From the NCBI GenBank assembly GCA_951406725.2, contig OX597829.1, forward strand, positions 6,510,001 to 6,574,000: a DNA stretch of 64,000 nucleotides. Reading direction: 5' to 3'. The stretch's first letter is position 1; each line of letters opens with the position of its first letter. The stretch is from Octopus vulgaris (taxonomy: Eukaryota). The notes beneath the pieces were generated by a model that was given only the letters and a program-made list of their open reading frames with translations, was not told where the DNA came from and ran no database searches. Below are positions 27,064-40,553 of this stretch, in pieces. The position numbers were made by a program, and so were the translations under genes.

Positions 27064-27066
<3 letters not shown>
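26920..27066 (+). mobile_element. HHR module family A (HHR 26936-26986, core GUGAAGA)
   Basis: Reverse complement of 21843-21985. Confidence 0.8.
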
Positions 27067-27127
<61 letters not shown>

Positions 27128-27128
<1 letters not shown>

Positions 27129-27354
27129 TTTATTTAAAGCAGCAGAAAATTCAACAAAACCTGTTACTCTGAGCTTCGCGTTGCCGTTCATCGGACAGTT
27201 TTTGCTAGAAAAAACTGTCCGATGAACGGCAACGGGAAACTCAGAGTAACAGGTTTTGTTGAATTTTCTGCTGCTTTAAAAAGTATATTACTCTACCACT
27301 GGTATTTGAGTACTCTTTTTTCCACCTTGTTTCACATTTATGTGTTTACTCCGG

Positions 27355-27355
<1 letters not shown>
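27128..27355. mobile_element. HHR module family B, head-to-head foldback in (TA)n
   Basis: Arms 27133-27203 / 27210-27280; HHRs 27161-27198(-) and 27215-27252(+): CUGU-CCGAUGA-ACG GCAA CGG-GAA-ACUCAGAGU-A-ACAG. Confidence 0.8.
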
Positions 27356-27386
<31 letters not shown>

Positions 27387-27461
27387 GAGAGAGAGAGAGA
27401 GAGTGAGTGAGTGAATGAGAGAGAGAAAGGGAAATAATAGAGAGAGACAAATAGACAGAGA

Positions 27462-27498
<37 letters not shown>

Positions 27499-27864
27499 GT
27501 AAGATTCCTCATGCGACTGTGCGTGCTTTTGTTAAAATATGGAAGCCAACAAAATGTACGACGAGTCACAAACTGCTAATTAATTATCATATTATAGTGT
27601 TGTGTCATCCATATTTGTGTCCAACAGTTACGGTCAATACAACTATGTAAAGAATGGAAAACTTAAATGCTACCAAATACAATTGATAAAATTTTATAAA
27701 TAATAACTAAAATCACTAAAGATTTAATAACTTGTGTTATATCAACTACATATTCATAAGAAACGTACGTATTCGAATTATAGCAAACCACAATGATACA
27801 GTTACGTTTGCAGAAAACCATAAAATACATCTTTACCTTTTAATATTTTATATCAATATTCTTT

Positions 27865-28275
27865 TGCTCTTTTACTCTTTTACTTGTTTCAGTCATTTGA
27901 CTGCGGCCATGCTGGAGCACCGCCTTTGGTCGAGCAGATCGACCCCGGGACTTATTCTTTATAAGCCCAGTACTTATTCTATCCGTCTCTTTTGCCGAAC
28001 CGCTAAGTGACGGGGACATAAACACACCAGCATCGGTTGTCAAGCAATGCTAGGGGGCCATACACAGACACACAAACACACACATACATATATATATATA
28101 TATACATATATACGACAGGCTTCTTTCAGTTTCCGTCTACCAAATCCACTCACAAGGCTTTGGTCGGCCTGGGGCTATAGCAGAAGACACTTGCCCAAGG
28201 TGCCACGCAGTGGAACTGAACCCGGAACCACGTGGTTGGTTAGCAAGCTACTTACCACACAGCCACTCCTGCGCC
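27865..28275 (-). mobile_element. SINE family 1, full length
   Basis: Minus-strand GGCGCAGGAGTGGCTGTGTGGTAAG head to (GTAAAAGA)n tail. Confidence 0.92.
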
Positions 28276-28607
28276 TAAATCTTTTATCTAAATCTTTTAA
28301 ATGTTTATACTCACAGATGCTAGTGTGATAAGAAAAGACGTGACGTATCAAGCGGTTCAAATAACAAGTAGTTTTAACATGCCTCCTTATTGTTTCTTTA
28401 TTCTTTCTTTTATTTGTTTCACTAATTGAACTGCGCCCATGCTGGAGTAGCGCCTTTTAGACGAACAATTCGACCCCAGGACTTATTTTTTGTCAGCCTA
28501 GTACTTATCCTATCAGTATCTTATCCCGAACCGCTAATTTACGGGGACGTAAACACAGACACACAAACATATACACACACGCACACAGATATATATATAT
28601 ATATATA

Positions 28608-29526
28608 TATCAACAATCAAGGAACGGCCATAATAGGCCATTCACCCACTAGAAATAACAGCCAAAGCTTCAACCGCAAATAAAAATTAATTCCGTAAAC
28701 CAGGAGAAAATTTAAAAAACATTTACCCTGTAATTTCTTATACGATATACCGTTTCATCTGCTGATTAATGGTAAACTAACCTGATTAAATTAAATCAAG
28801 CCAATCTTCCAAAGGCCCTCAGATTCTTCAGTAAGAAATAGCCCAAGTCGGAACAGATATTTTCACGAGGCATTTCCGACCTTGCCAAGGTTATATCTGA
28901 CCTAAAATTTTCAAATCGTCGCACTCGCGCCAAATTTATCGGCAGCAAATAAATATAAGCCGTCGATTTCATTACGGAATTAACCAGAAAATTCATAATT
29001 AATCAATATAGGGTGGCAAAAAAAATTTTGTAGAATTCTTTTGCCACCAGCGGCCTAGTGGGAAAAAATTAAATAGTCATAGACCATTTTTAAGTTCAAC
29101 ATCAACAATCAAGGAACGGCCATAATAGGCCATTCACCCACTAGAAATAACAGCCAAAGCTTCAACCGCAAATAAAAATTAATTCCGTAAACCAGGAGAA
29201 AATTTAAAAAACATTTACCCTGTAAGATTGGCTTGATTTAATTTAATCAGGTTAGTTTACCATTAATCAGCAGATGAAACGGTATATCGTATAAGAAATT
29301 ACAGGGTAAATGTTTTTTAAATTTTCTCCTGGTTTACGGAATTAATTTTTATTTGCGGTTGAAGCTTTGGCTGTTATTTCTAGTGGGTGAATGGCCTATT
29401 ATGGCCGTTCCTTGATTGTTGATGTTGAACTTAAAAATGGTCTATGACTATTTAATTTTTTCCCACTAGGCCGCTGGTGGCAAAAGAATTCTACAAAATT
29501 TTTTTTGCCACCCTATATTGATTAAT
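28608..29526 (-). mobile_element. Non-coding HHR element, ~493-nt monomer x1.25 plus inverted copy (retrozyme-like / PLE-derived)
   Basis: 28608-28730 repeated at 29101-29223; 29224-29526 is an inverted copy spanning the monomer junction; both outer ends in (TA)n. Confidence 0.85.
28734..28838 (-). ncRNA. Canonical type-I hammerhead ribozyme
   Basis: UUUCUUA-CUGAAGA-AUCUG..CAGAU-GAA-ACGGUAUAUCGU-A-UAAGAAA; all three stems pair. Confidence 0.88.
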
Positions 29527-29759
29527 ATATATATATATATATATATATACGCCGGGGTTCTTTCAGCATCCACTTCCCCGATCCACTCGCAAGACTTTGG
29601 TCGGCCCGAGGCTATGGCAGAAGACACTTGCCCACGCAGTGGGATTGAACCTGGAACCATGTTGTTGATAAGCAAGCCACTTTATTTCCAAAAATTTTGT
29701 CATAAAGGCATGATACAGAGTAGCTTGCGGGCTTGATGAGATGAGTTATGAAATAAAAT

Positions 29760-31700
29760 GATATTAATGGGAGAAGACAAAAAATGCCCACCGAATTTTT
29801 GCTTCTCTAAAACATTATATTTTTACACAAAAAGAAAACTGAGGTATTGAACCTCTTACTTCCGTTTTACAATTATTGGACTTAATAGTCCTTTTACAAA
29901 TTGAGGCACTGAGCCTCTTACACACTTAAACATTATAACACTGAGGGTTTTCAACCTCTTGTGCCCTTAAAACCAAGTCGGGCTCCGAGTCGGCGTCACC
30001 CGGCCACAAGCGATATTCCTCTTTGAGTCACTCCAGCCTATTCGTGTTCCCGTATGAAAGTTAAAGGTATTCCCTTATAGTATTTTTCCACCACCTTTTC
30101 TACCTCTCCACCTCTGTAGAAGAAGATCAATAATTTGTCTTCCTCCGGGGTCGAGGTAGTCAATTCTACCGTTGGTGGCACAATTCCCGCCAACGGTGTC
30201 TCTTCCTCTGCCGGTGGCAAAACCGACGAGGTTACATTTTCCTCTGTCGGTGACACGATTCCCACCGAAGAGGCCTCGGGACATGCCGGTAGTACACTGC
30301 ATACCTCCGGCACTGTCCCATTCGTTTTTCTCTTTTTCTTTTTTCTCTTTGGTGCGGGAGGGATTGGCTCCTTCGCCATAACTGCAGGAACCTCGCTTCC
30401 TCCCGCAACCCCGGGATCCCTCAGAGAGCAACAATTGTTGCTCCCCTTCTTCCTTTTTCTCCCCTTTTTTTCGGGGAGGTCACTCTCTCTTCTTCCATCT
30501 CTCCTTCCGGAGAAGGTGGAGGGGTTTCTTCCAAAACTAACTGCTCCAGGCCACTGTTCTGGTCCTTGGGACAGTTTTTCTTAATATGGCCAGGCTCCAG
30601 TCACTATGACATTTGGGGCGGCGTCCCTCAAGAATCTCCGGATACTTGGACCCGGCCATCCTCAAACAATCTTGGAACACCAGTTCATCGGTTGATTGGG
30701 TCTACAGGGTCAAAACTGCTTTTGACCCCACCCAATAAGCCGCAGGCATCATTTTAACATTCAAGAGCTTGGCTCCGGTGCCACCCAGATCCCGGCGGAT
30801 AGTGTCCTCTATCCACTCGGGCTCTATTCCGGATGGCAGTCCACACACCCAAGCTCTTATCAATTTCCTCCCAAGATATGTGAGCAGAAACAGAATTTTC
30901 CCCCTTTCCAGGGACTGGCTCGCAAAAATGCTAGCCTCCTCAGGGATATCAAATAGCGACCATACTGTTGCATATTTGACGCCCCTTGCAATAAACTTGA
31001 CGGTTGGCAGGTATTCTGCCAGCTCCTTCTCAATATCTACTTGAGGGAATACAGTAATGGTGTCTAGGGACTTGGAATATGTTCTCAACACCACCGTTCT
31101 CTCATTAAGGTCCTTTACCCACTGCTTGTGTGGGGGGGGGCGCAATTTCTCACTCCAAGACAGTGTTTTTATTTTTTGCCATGCTTTGCAAAAAAATAAA
31201 AACACAGGAAAATGTTCAAAAAACTTCAAAATATTCAACTAAAAGTCCAAAGAAACACAAAGAAAGAAAAGAAAGACAGAGCAGAGAAAAGAATGAAGGA
31301 AGATAGTTCCAGCACGGAAACACAATTCCGCCACTTAGGCAATCCGGATCTTCAGGTAATCCTCCAGATTATTACTTTAAACAGGTACTCCTGTTCAGCG
31401 TAGCAGCAACAAAATTCCTCCACGAACTGGTCGAATTTTTAAACACTTTTACAAATTTTGGTAGCGAGACACATCCACCAAAACAATACAATTCTCACCG
31501 CTAAGTGAGTTATTCAGCGCCACTGCAGCAGACAAGTGTTCGAGGCACAGTGGGGATTTCTTATACGAAAAAAGGAAAAACAATGTCATACAACAAATTC
31601 CCCTCTAAGTCCCTTAAAAAAATAGGTGACTACATTGCAGTCACGCCTCTTCAACAGTTCTTCGAATCAAGACGACCACCAACGCACGTTTTGAAAGTGT
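29760..31700 (-). mobile_element. LINE ORF1-like (gag-like, Zn knuckle) element without visible ORF2
   Basis: Frameshifted ORF 31238-30038: LTYLGRKLIRAWVCGLP..PEW, GRRPKCH..GHIKKNCP (CCHC knuckle), K-rich tail; outer boundaries approximate. Confidence 0.65.
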
Positions 31701-31872
31701 TGAATCCAATAAGCAAGTGACAAACGTGCATGCGTAAGGAAGCTACTTATTTCTTTATTGCCCACAAGGGGCTAAACATAGAGGGGGACAAACGTAAACA
31801 AGCTACTTACTACACAACCATACCTGCACCTAATAAATATTTTATAATAATAATAAATCCCATGGTATACAT

Positions 31873-31970
<98 letters not shown>

Positions 31971-32214
31971 CATATATGTATATATTTATATGTATATATA
32001 TATATATATATTATATACATATATATATATACATATATATATATATTTATATGTATATATATATGATATAGTGTACATTTAAACACATTAAGAGGTTTCC
32101 ATCATAGGAATCCTTCACGTTACAAAGGACAGCTAAAGTTTAAATGTACACTGTATTTTATCTATACGCTAGGCGATTGGTAGTAAGAATTTCTAAAATC
32201 TTTATTACCCTGAT

Positions 32215-32481
<267 letters not shown>

Positions 32482-32485
<4 letters not shown>

Positions 32486-32810
32486 TACCCTCGGGCCGAC
32501 CAAAGCCTTGTGAGTGGATTTGGTGGACGGAAACTGAAAGAAGCCCATCGTATATATGTATGCATATATGTATGTATATATATATGTTTGTATGCATTGT
32601 TATTTGTGTCTGTGTTTGTCTCTCTACCATCGCTTGACAACCGATGTTGGTGCGTTTACGTCCCTGTCAATTAGCGGTTCGGCAAAAAGAGACCAATAGA
32701 ATAAGTACTAGGATTACAAAGAATAAGTCCTGAGGTCAATTTGTTCCACTAAAGGCGGTTCTCCAGCATGGCCGCAGTGAAATGACTGAAACAGGTAAAA
32801 GAATAAAAGA
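32482..32810 (+). mobile_element. SINE family 1, 5'-truncated
   Basis: CTCGGGCCGACCAAAGCCTTGTGAGTGGATTTGG to tail. Confidence 0.88.
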
Positions 32811-32811
32811 T

Positions 32812-32854
<43 letters not shown>

Positions 32855-33127
32855 TTTTACTTAATTCCTAATAAATCGTATAGTATACACCTGGTAGTTT
32901 GCTGGTAAAGCACGTTCACCGGGGGATGCATCTAAACCAATTCTACAATATCCTATCCGCGATGGCCCGATGGTAGATGCGTTGAAACGATTGTACTGAT
33001 CAATGAATAAAGTTTCTTGCATCTTTCATCTTCCGTCTCTCTCATTTTGTGTGTATATATATATATATATATATATGCATATATATATATGTACGTATGT
33101 ATGTATATGTGTGTGCGTGTATGTACA

Positions 33128-33170
<43 letters not shown>

Positions 33171-33837
33171 GGATATATGTATGGAAGTGTGTGCATGTGT
33201 GTGTATATATATATCTTTGTCTGTGAATATATGCATATGTGTGCAGGCTCGAGTCTCTTTCCATGAACACATATACACACATAAATATTAGGCTAGCTGT
33301 TGAAACGACTGCCTCGAGCTACTCTTTGTCCACTTCACCACGCCTACCTGTCAAATTTCAACGTTTACAATTAGAGAAAAAGTTGTGTCTGCTTGCAATA
33401 TCGAGATATGAAATAGTTCAAAGTGGGATGTATGTAGCATCTGTTTCCATTTGGGATTAATCTATTGTAGCCAACTACTATGTTTGTCCTAAAATAATAC
33501 ATACAGTGTTTGTCCTAATTCAGTAGAGATTGTATTGTTATAGATACAGATTTCTTATTAGTTAAACAATGCTAACTGGTATTGTACAAGATATGGATGC
33601 AGTGGCCAAGTCTCTGTGCAGAGAATTTCTTCATTAGTGCCACATTAATTGCACACAAAATTCTCATTGTCATTGATATTATTATAAACTATAAAAGGAT
33701 TGCTCTTTTTTTCTACTACGTGAATAATTCCTCATTTGGGGTACAGTATTGGAATCAGTTACTACCATATTACTTAAGCTGATTCTTAAAACAATTATGA
33801 ATATTTCGCTTAAGCATATATAATAGTAGTATGGTTA

Positions 33838-34010
33838 AGGTGCAGGCGTAGCTGTGTGGGAAGGAGCCTCCCTCCCAAACACATGGTTGAGAGTTGTGTG
33901 AGAGGTGGGGCAAAATGTCTTTTACTATACCCTCTGATTGGCCAAAACCTCCTGAGTGGATATGCTGGACGGAAACTGAAAGAAGTCCATCGTATATGTG
34001 TGTGTGTTAG
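33838..34010 (+). mobile_element. SINE family 1, degraded 5' half
   Basis: GGTGCAGGCGTAGCTGTGTGG..GACGGAAACTGAAAGAAG. Confidence 0.7.
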
Positions 34011-34037
34011 CATCAGGAAGACATCTCCTCCAGCTGG

Positions 34038-34362
34038 CTAACGACACACAGTCTGTGAACGATTGGTATATGCGAGGAAAAGTCATCGCTCCCATCTCTA
34101 GCCTTACGTGATACACACGGAGTCAAGTTTCTGGGTGGTTACCCATCCTCAGTGTGTGTTAATCACTCGCTAGTGATGAAAGCTCATTCCACTCGCAAAT
34201 TACTAGAGGCTATAAACAACAGTAGCACTGTCCTATATAGGTCGCCACACTTAGTTGGCAAATATATATTACGATTCTATACCGCTACTGTTTATATCTC
34301 GCTCAGAGATTTAATATAAGATACCTCTCTCTTTTACGAGATCAGTGACAGTGTGTCGCTAG
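34038..34362. mobile_element. MITE-like element with 16-bp TIRs
   Basis: CTAACGACACACAGTC vs GACAGTGTGTCGCTAG (14/16 as an inverted pair). Confidence 0.5.
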
Positions 34363-36065
34363 AAATGTATATAGTACATATATATATATTTGTCAGTAAT
34401 AAATAACAATAATATCTACATATATCAATTCAATACACAACCGATAAATCTAGTTATTGCTTCATACTTTTATGATACTTTAACTAAGCATGTTATCTCC
34501 TGTCTTGGCAAATGTTCTTAATCAAATATCAATATTAAGGGAAATTTAGCAAGAAATAGCGGATACATTAGAAAATGAAAGTATTACATTAAAATTAAGA
34601 ATATCCTCTATGTGAGTTCTGATGAAGCTGGTCTATGTTCATAAGCAACAATTCTAGCCTCCACCATATATTACATTTTGTGGTTTGTTATTTTGGTTGG
34701 AACACTAATCCCAAATAATTTTTTTTGTCGATTCCAATACTACATTGTAAGATATCATTCGAGGAAAAATGGCTGATTGGTTTGTGAGCCAGATGAATGC
34801 ATAATAGCATCTCTTCACTGAAGTAAATTAGTCAATTAATAAAAATTATAAAAGTTGACAATCAGCCAAATAGAAAAATACCTTTATTGTAGGGGGAAAA
34901 GAATTGTTTTAAGCTTGAAATCGTCGAAACTATAGGGCCACTCCAGGATGACTACAAGGCGCAGGTGAATGCTGCGGTAAGAAAAAATAATACACTCACT
35001 AATGCTAGGTTTGATAAATAAAACTAAAATGCATATCACGAATATAAATATATTAATATCGCTATGCTTAAGTTAAGATAACAGTAAAATATTTAATTTG
35101 AATACCACTGAAGCAATGTGTTACTCGTCTATGTTCGAGTCACAATCAATTATATTACATTGTTTCTACTTTAGTTGAACATATTCAAATACAGAATGAC
35201 GAGAAAGGGTTAAATTATTTTTGAGACCAGAAACCAAAATTAATGGCAGTTGATAGAAGAAGTATTAAGACAGCTGACCTCAGTAACCTGACAGAGTGGA
35301 GAAAAGGGCCAAGAATTTATGGAGTAAATTGATCATCTGAGAATCACTGTCGTAGAAATAGGGTGACAATGTGAGGTCAATGCTTTAAAGCCAAAAATCA
35401 ATGAAAGTATTTTTAGCGTTAACTATGCGATTCAAAATATGAACCAAATCTGTCGACCCAAATTTTCAAGAACTTGTTCTTAAAAGGGCCAACGACATCA
35501 AACAATAAATATTTTGAAGATATAATGAACTTAACTTTTGATCTGTTTATTTTTCTTGATGGAAAGAAATATTTTTTCCATTATGAAGCTTAAATGTAAT
35601 ATACTTTATTTCACATTTATGAGTCTTCTGTTAATGTATTATTTTTGTTATTTATTTTCTTCAGACTTCTTTTGCATCATTGTAGCTCATATTTTTTAAC
35701 ATACATTTATATATTTATAAATTAATATTCACTTTGAAAATAAACACTCGCACTAAACATATAATAGGGAAAGCCTTTCTAAAACAACACAATAGTTGAG
35801 GGAAAAAATGGAAACAAGAAAGATTTCCAAACCTTGTCAGTACATGCTATCATGAAGATGCAAGGACATAACCAAATTGCAAAATACACTTAACTGTCGT
35901 ATTTCTATACATTATATGCAGAAATATAAAATACTTGCTTAAGGTTTGATTGTGTATATATATATATATATATATATGGGGATAAATATATGGGGGGCGT
36001 GTTAAAGGTGTGTGTGAGAATGTGTATATACCTGTATATACATGTCTGTGTGTGTCTCTGCGTGT

Positions 36066-36313
<248 letters not shown>

Positions 36314-37293
36314 AATTACGCGTATAAAACATACATTCATTTATATATACACACGTATATATATATACACATACAGACATACATACCCACAGGCAGACAG
36401 GCATACAGTCTGGGATAGAAAATTGAAATAGTCACTTTTGATTTTCGGACTGAATTACGAATAATAACTCAAAGCAACTAATGTGAAGTTTCATTTCCTG
36501 ACGCGTGTATATTTCGACATTATGCATTTAGCATCGAAATATTTCTTTTCTATTGCACAATGGTGAATTTCCACACTCGTGTACACACGCGCGCGCTCGT
36601 ATATAGATACTTGCACATAGCACAATACTTACTCATATACACAAGTATTTGTTTGTTTGTTTGTGTGTTATTTTTTTCTTCTTTTTCGTGTGTGAATATG
36701 TGTGAATGTTTTCTAGTCATCAGACATTTAATTGAACCTTTTTGCTCATAACATACGTGAATTAAGTGTAATCTGGCAGGGTGATGTTTTGTTGACCTCT
36801 TACACAAGAAACCAAACAACAATCTGTCTTCGAGTATCACATTAAAAATGTAAATAGCAATAAAAAGCCAGTCGTTACAAGAATACATCAGATTTTTCAA
36901 TTATCATTTGCCTTCAATTATTCCAACCATTTGCCGCTATTTTTGTCATACCACACACAAATAACTCTAGTAAATTTCTTTAGAGTTTTCGATCGAGTTA
37001 ACTTTATTTCCTTTTTATACCGTTTTTATTGTTGTTACTTTGTTTACTTCAGCATCTTAAAATATCTGCATCTTATCGTCGATATATATTTTTGTTTGTG
37101 TATTTATGCACATGTACACACGCACCCACGCATACATATATACATCTGAATATTTTTTCGCATTTAGAATTTACTCAGCTGCAAATATTCTTTCATTTTT
37201 TTTTTTCCTGATGCCTCAAAAGTCTCTAAGCACTTACACAAACATATACATAGAGCACATAAACGCATATTCATTTATCTTTCTTTCTCTCTC

Positions 37294-37330
<37 letters not shown>

Positions 37331-37339
37331 GTATATTTA

Positions 37340-37392
<53 letters not shown>

Positions 37393-37624
37393 GTATATAT
37401 ATGTGTGTGTGTGTGCGTCTCTGTATGTATATATATACATATATACGAACAATCTTGTGTATACTTGTGTGAACGTGTGTATGACTCAATATGTACGTAT
37501 GCACATATTGAGTTATACACTCATATGTGAATCTCTCTAGGTGTATATGTATTGTTGTACATGTATTATGCATTTGTCAATTTCCTGCCAATTTTTACAT
37601 TCTGCGTTGTACGTTCCTCTCTGT

Positions 37625-37677
<53 letters not shown>

Positions 37678-37799
37678 TGCGTGTGCGTGTGTATTCGCCT
37701 GTGTGTGCCACTGAAATTATTCTCTTATCTTTCTCACCTTATATCTATCTGTGTCTCTCCCATCCCGTGTCTTCTTTAAACGTTATATGCACACACACA

Positions 37800-37839
<40 letters not shown>

Positions 37840-37989
37840 TACATACATGCATATATACCAGCTTACATAGAGTGATACATAGTACACGTGTGTGTGCGTT
37901 TGTGTATGTACGTATACAGAGGGAGGGAGCGGTAGATGAAGACCAGCATGCAGCCAGAAGAGGAGGGAGAGTTATGCCTGTGTGAGTTA

Positions 37990-38122
37990 TATTTGTATGT
38001 GTGTATATATGTTTATGTGTATATATATTTGTATGTGTATATATGTTTATGTGTATATATATTTGTATGTGTATATATGTTTATGTGTATATATATTTGT
38101 ATGTGTGTATATATGTTTATGT
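37990..38122. repeat. 34-36 bp minisatellite built from TA/TG units (~4 copies)
   Basis: ATTTGTATGTGTATATATGTTTATGTGTATATAT unit. Confidence 0.8.
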
Positions 38123-38253
38123 CCTGTTACACAAATTACCAAAACTCACAGAAGTAACAACATAGATAGAATCGTTATTCGCCATCTCTCCGGGAGTCTT
38201 AACCACAAAACCCCACCATCCTCTTCCTGTTTTTCTTTTCTCTTCCCACCCAC

Positions 38254-38303
<50 letters not shown>

Positions 38304-39539
38304 AACTCTATCTCTCTCTCTCTCTGTCTAGTTGTTTGCGTGTTTTTGTTTTCTCTCTTTTACTTTTTCATGTTCCCAATCTCGCCGTCAAATACTTAGC
38401 GTATTTTTGTCAGAAAAACGATGTAGTTTGAAAAGGAAATGTTTATATTTTTATTTACCAACCATTTATTCCTCGTTGAACTGTAGACACTACTACTATG
38501 GCAGCCAAGTGCAACGAACAATAAATAATAACAAGGCAATAACAACAAAGAAATAAGACAAAAACAATATAACGATGACGATGACAATAAGGAGAGAGAC
38601 AAAACTACAGCAGCCAAATCAAAATTGTATATAAATAAAAGAACTAGAAATATTTTTAAAAGATGAATCGACGAATGAAACAAAACATTTAAATAAAATA
38701 TTGATACATACGCAAAAAAAAACATTTAAAAACAAGTAATAACCCACAATAAATGCTACAAAAACAATAAATGCTACAAAAAAAGCATAACACAAGTCAC
38801 AACTACAGCATTATATACAGCAACAAAAACAAAACAGCATCCATATTGTTTTTTTCTGTTCTTATTTAAAAAGTAATTTTTATCATTGAAATGTTATTGG
38901 TGTCGCCTGTTAAGTTATATATCTGTCAACCTCTGTCGCTTTTTACTTCTCGTGTCCCCTTTATATACAAAATTCCAATTTCTACGGAAATGTCTCTCTC
39001 TGTCTATATTTCGGTCTGTCTGCCTAAATCGTTTTGTCGCTCTTGTTTATTTATATATTTGCATATTTTCATATGATTATATTTTTATATATTTAAAAAA
39101 GAAATATCGACGTTATATCTACGTTTCTATTCGTGTTTACATTGTACGTAGTCATTCGTCTCTTGGCATGGTTTTCGCAATCATCCGTTTTCTAGTTACT
39201 AGCACGATCCCTCTGTGCAGTCAATCCTTCTGTGGGTGTGTGTATTTATCCGCTATGCATGCATACATACATGCATACATACATACATGCATACACACAT
39301 ACAAACATACATACATACATACATACATACATACATACATACATACATACATACATACATACATACATACGCGTGTATGTTTGTGCGTGCGTGCGTGCGT
39401 GCGACCGCGTCACATACTCTCATTTACATAACGACGATATTTTTGCTGGTCTTACCGTGTTTCCGTTTTTATTTTACAGCGATGAACTAACCACAACTGA
39501 TCAACTGACTATCACTATCTATATTATCATTATTATTGA

Positions 39540-39732
39540 AGGCGGTAAGCTAGCAGAACCGTTAGCACGCCGGGCGAAATGCGTAGTCGTATTTCGTCTG
39601 CTGTTACGTTCTGTGTTCAAATTCCACCAAGGTCGACTCTGCCTTTCATCCTTTCGGGGTCGATAAATCAAGTACCAGTTACGCACTGGGGTCGATGTAA
39701 TCGACTTAATCACTTTGTCTGTCCTTGTTTGA
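39540..39732 (+). mobile_element. SINE family 2
   Basis: Same head and core as 14392. Confidence 0.88.
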
Positions 39733-39850
39733 AAGTATTATTATTATTATTATTATTATCATTATTATTATTATTGATAAATTTATTACTATTATTATTA
39801 TTATTATTATTATTATCATTATTATTATTATTATTATTATTATCATTATC

Positions 39851-40190
39851 ACGCATGGCTCAGTGGTTAGAGCGTCGAGCTTACGATCGTGAGGTTGTGA
39901 GCTCGAATCCCGGACCGGGCTGCGTGTTGTGTTCTTGAGCAAGGCACTTTATTTCACGTTGCTCCAGTTCACTCAGCTGTAGAAATGAGTTGCGACGTCA
40001 CTGGTGCCAAGCTGTATCGACCTTTGTCTTTCCCTTGGATAACACTGGTGGCGTGGAGAGGGGAGGCTGGTATGCATGGGCGACTGCTGGTCTTCCATAA
40101 AAAACAACCTTGCCCGGACTTGTGTCTAGGAGGGTAACTTTCTAGGTGCAATCCCATGGTCATTCATGACCGAAGGGGGTCTTTACCCTT
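39851..40190 (+). mobile_element. tRNA-derived SINE family 3 inserted in (ATT)n
   Basis: A box TGGCTCAGTGG, B box GCTCGAATCC, central GTGTTCTTGAGCAAGGCACTTTA..CACTCAGCTGTAGAAATGAGT domain (Meta/MESC-like by recall). Confidence 0.88.
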
Positions 40191-40227
40191 ATTATTATTA
40201 ATATTATTATTATTATTATTATTATTA

Positions 40228-40315
<88 letters not shown>

Positions 40316-40339
40316 CAGTATTATTATATATTCACTATA

Positions 40340-40553
40340 AGGCGGCGAGCTGGCAGAATTGTTAGCACGCCGGGCAAAATGCTTCGCGAAATTTCGTTCG
40401 ACTTTACGTTCTGAGTTCGAATTCCGCTGAGATCGACTTTGCCTTTCATCCTTCCTGACTTGATAAAATAAGCACCAGTTATGCACTGGGGTCGATGTAA
40501 TCGATTTGTCCCCGGCCCCAAAATTTCACGCCTTTTGCCTTTAGTAGAAAAGA
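40340..40553 (+). mobile_element. SINE family 2 subfamily with a different tail
   Basis: Same head and core; tail CCCCAAAATTTCACGCCTTTTGCCTTTAGTAGAAAAG then (ATT)n. Confidence 0.85.

Larger units (their letters stand above)
28400..29680 (-). mobile_element. SINE family 1 split by an insertion in its internal (TA)n
   Basis: Tail half 28400-28607, head half 29548-29680. Confidence 0.75.

Noticed and set aside
34615-34932. HHR with ~290-nt stem II insertion
   Set aside because: Pairing register ambiguous; could be chance
39851-39925. tRNA gene
   Set aside because: A/B boxes are present but the cloverleaf is imperfect and it continues into a SINE body
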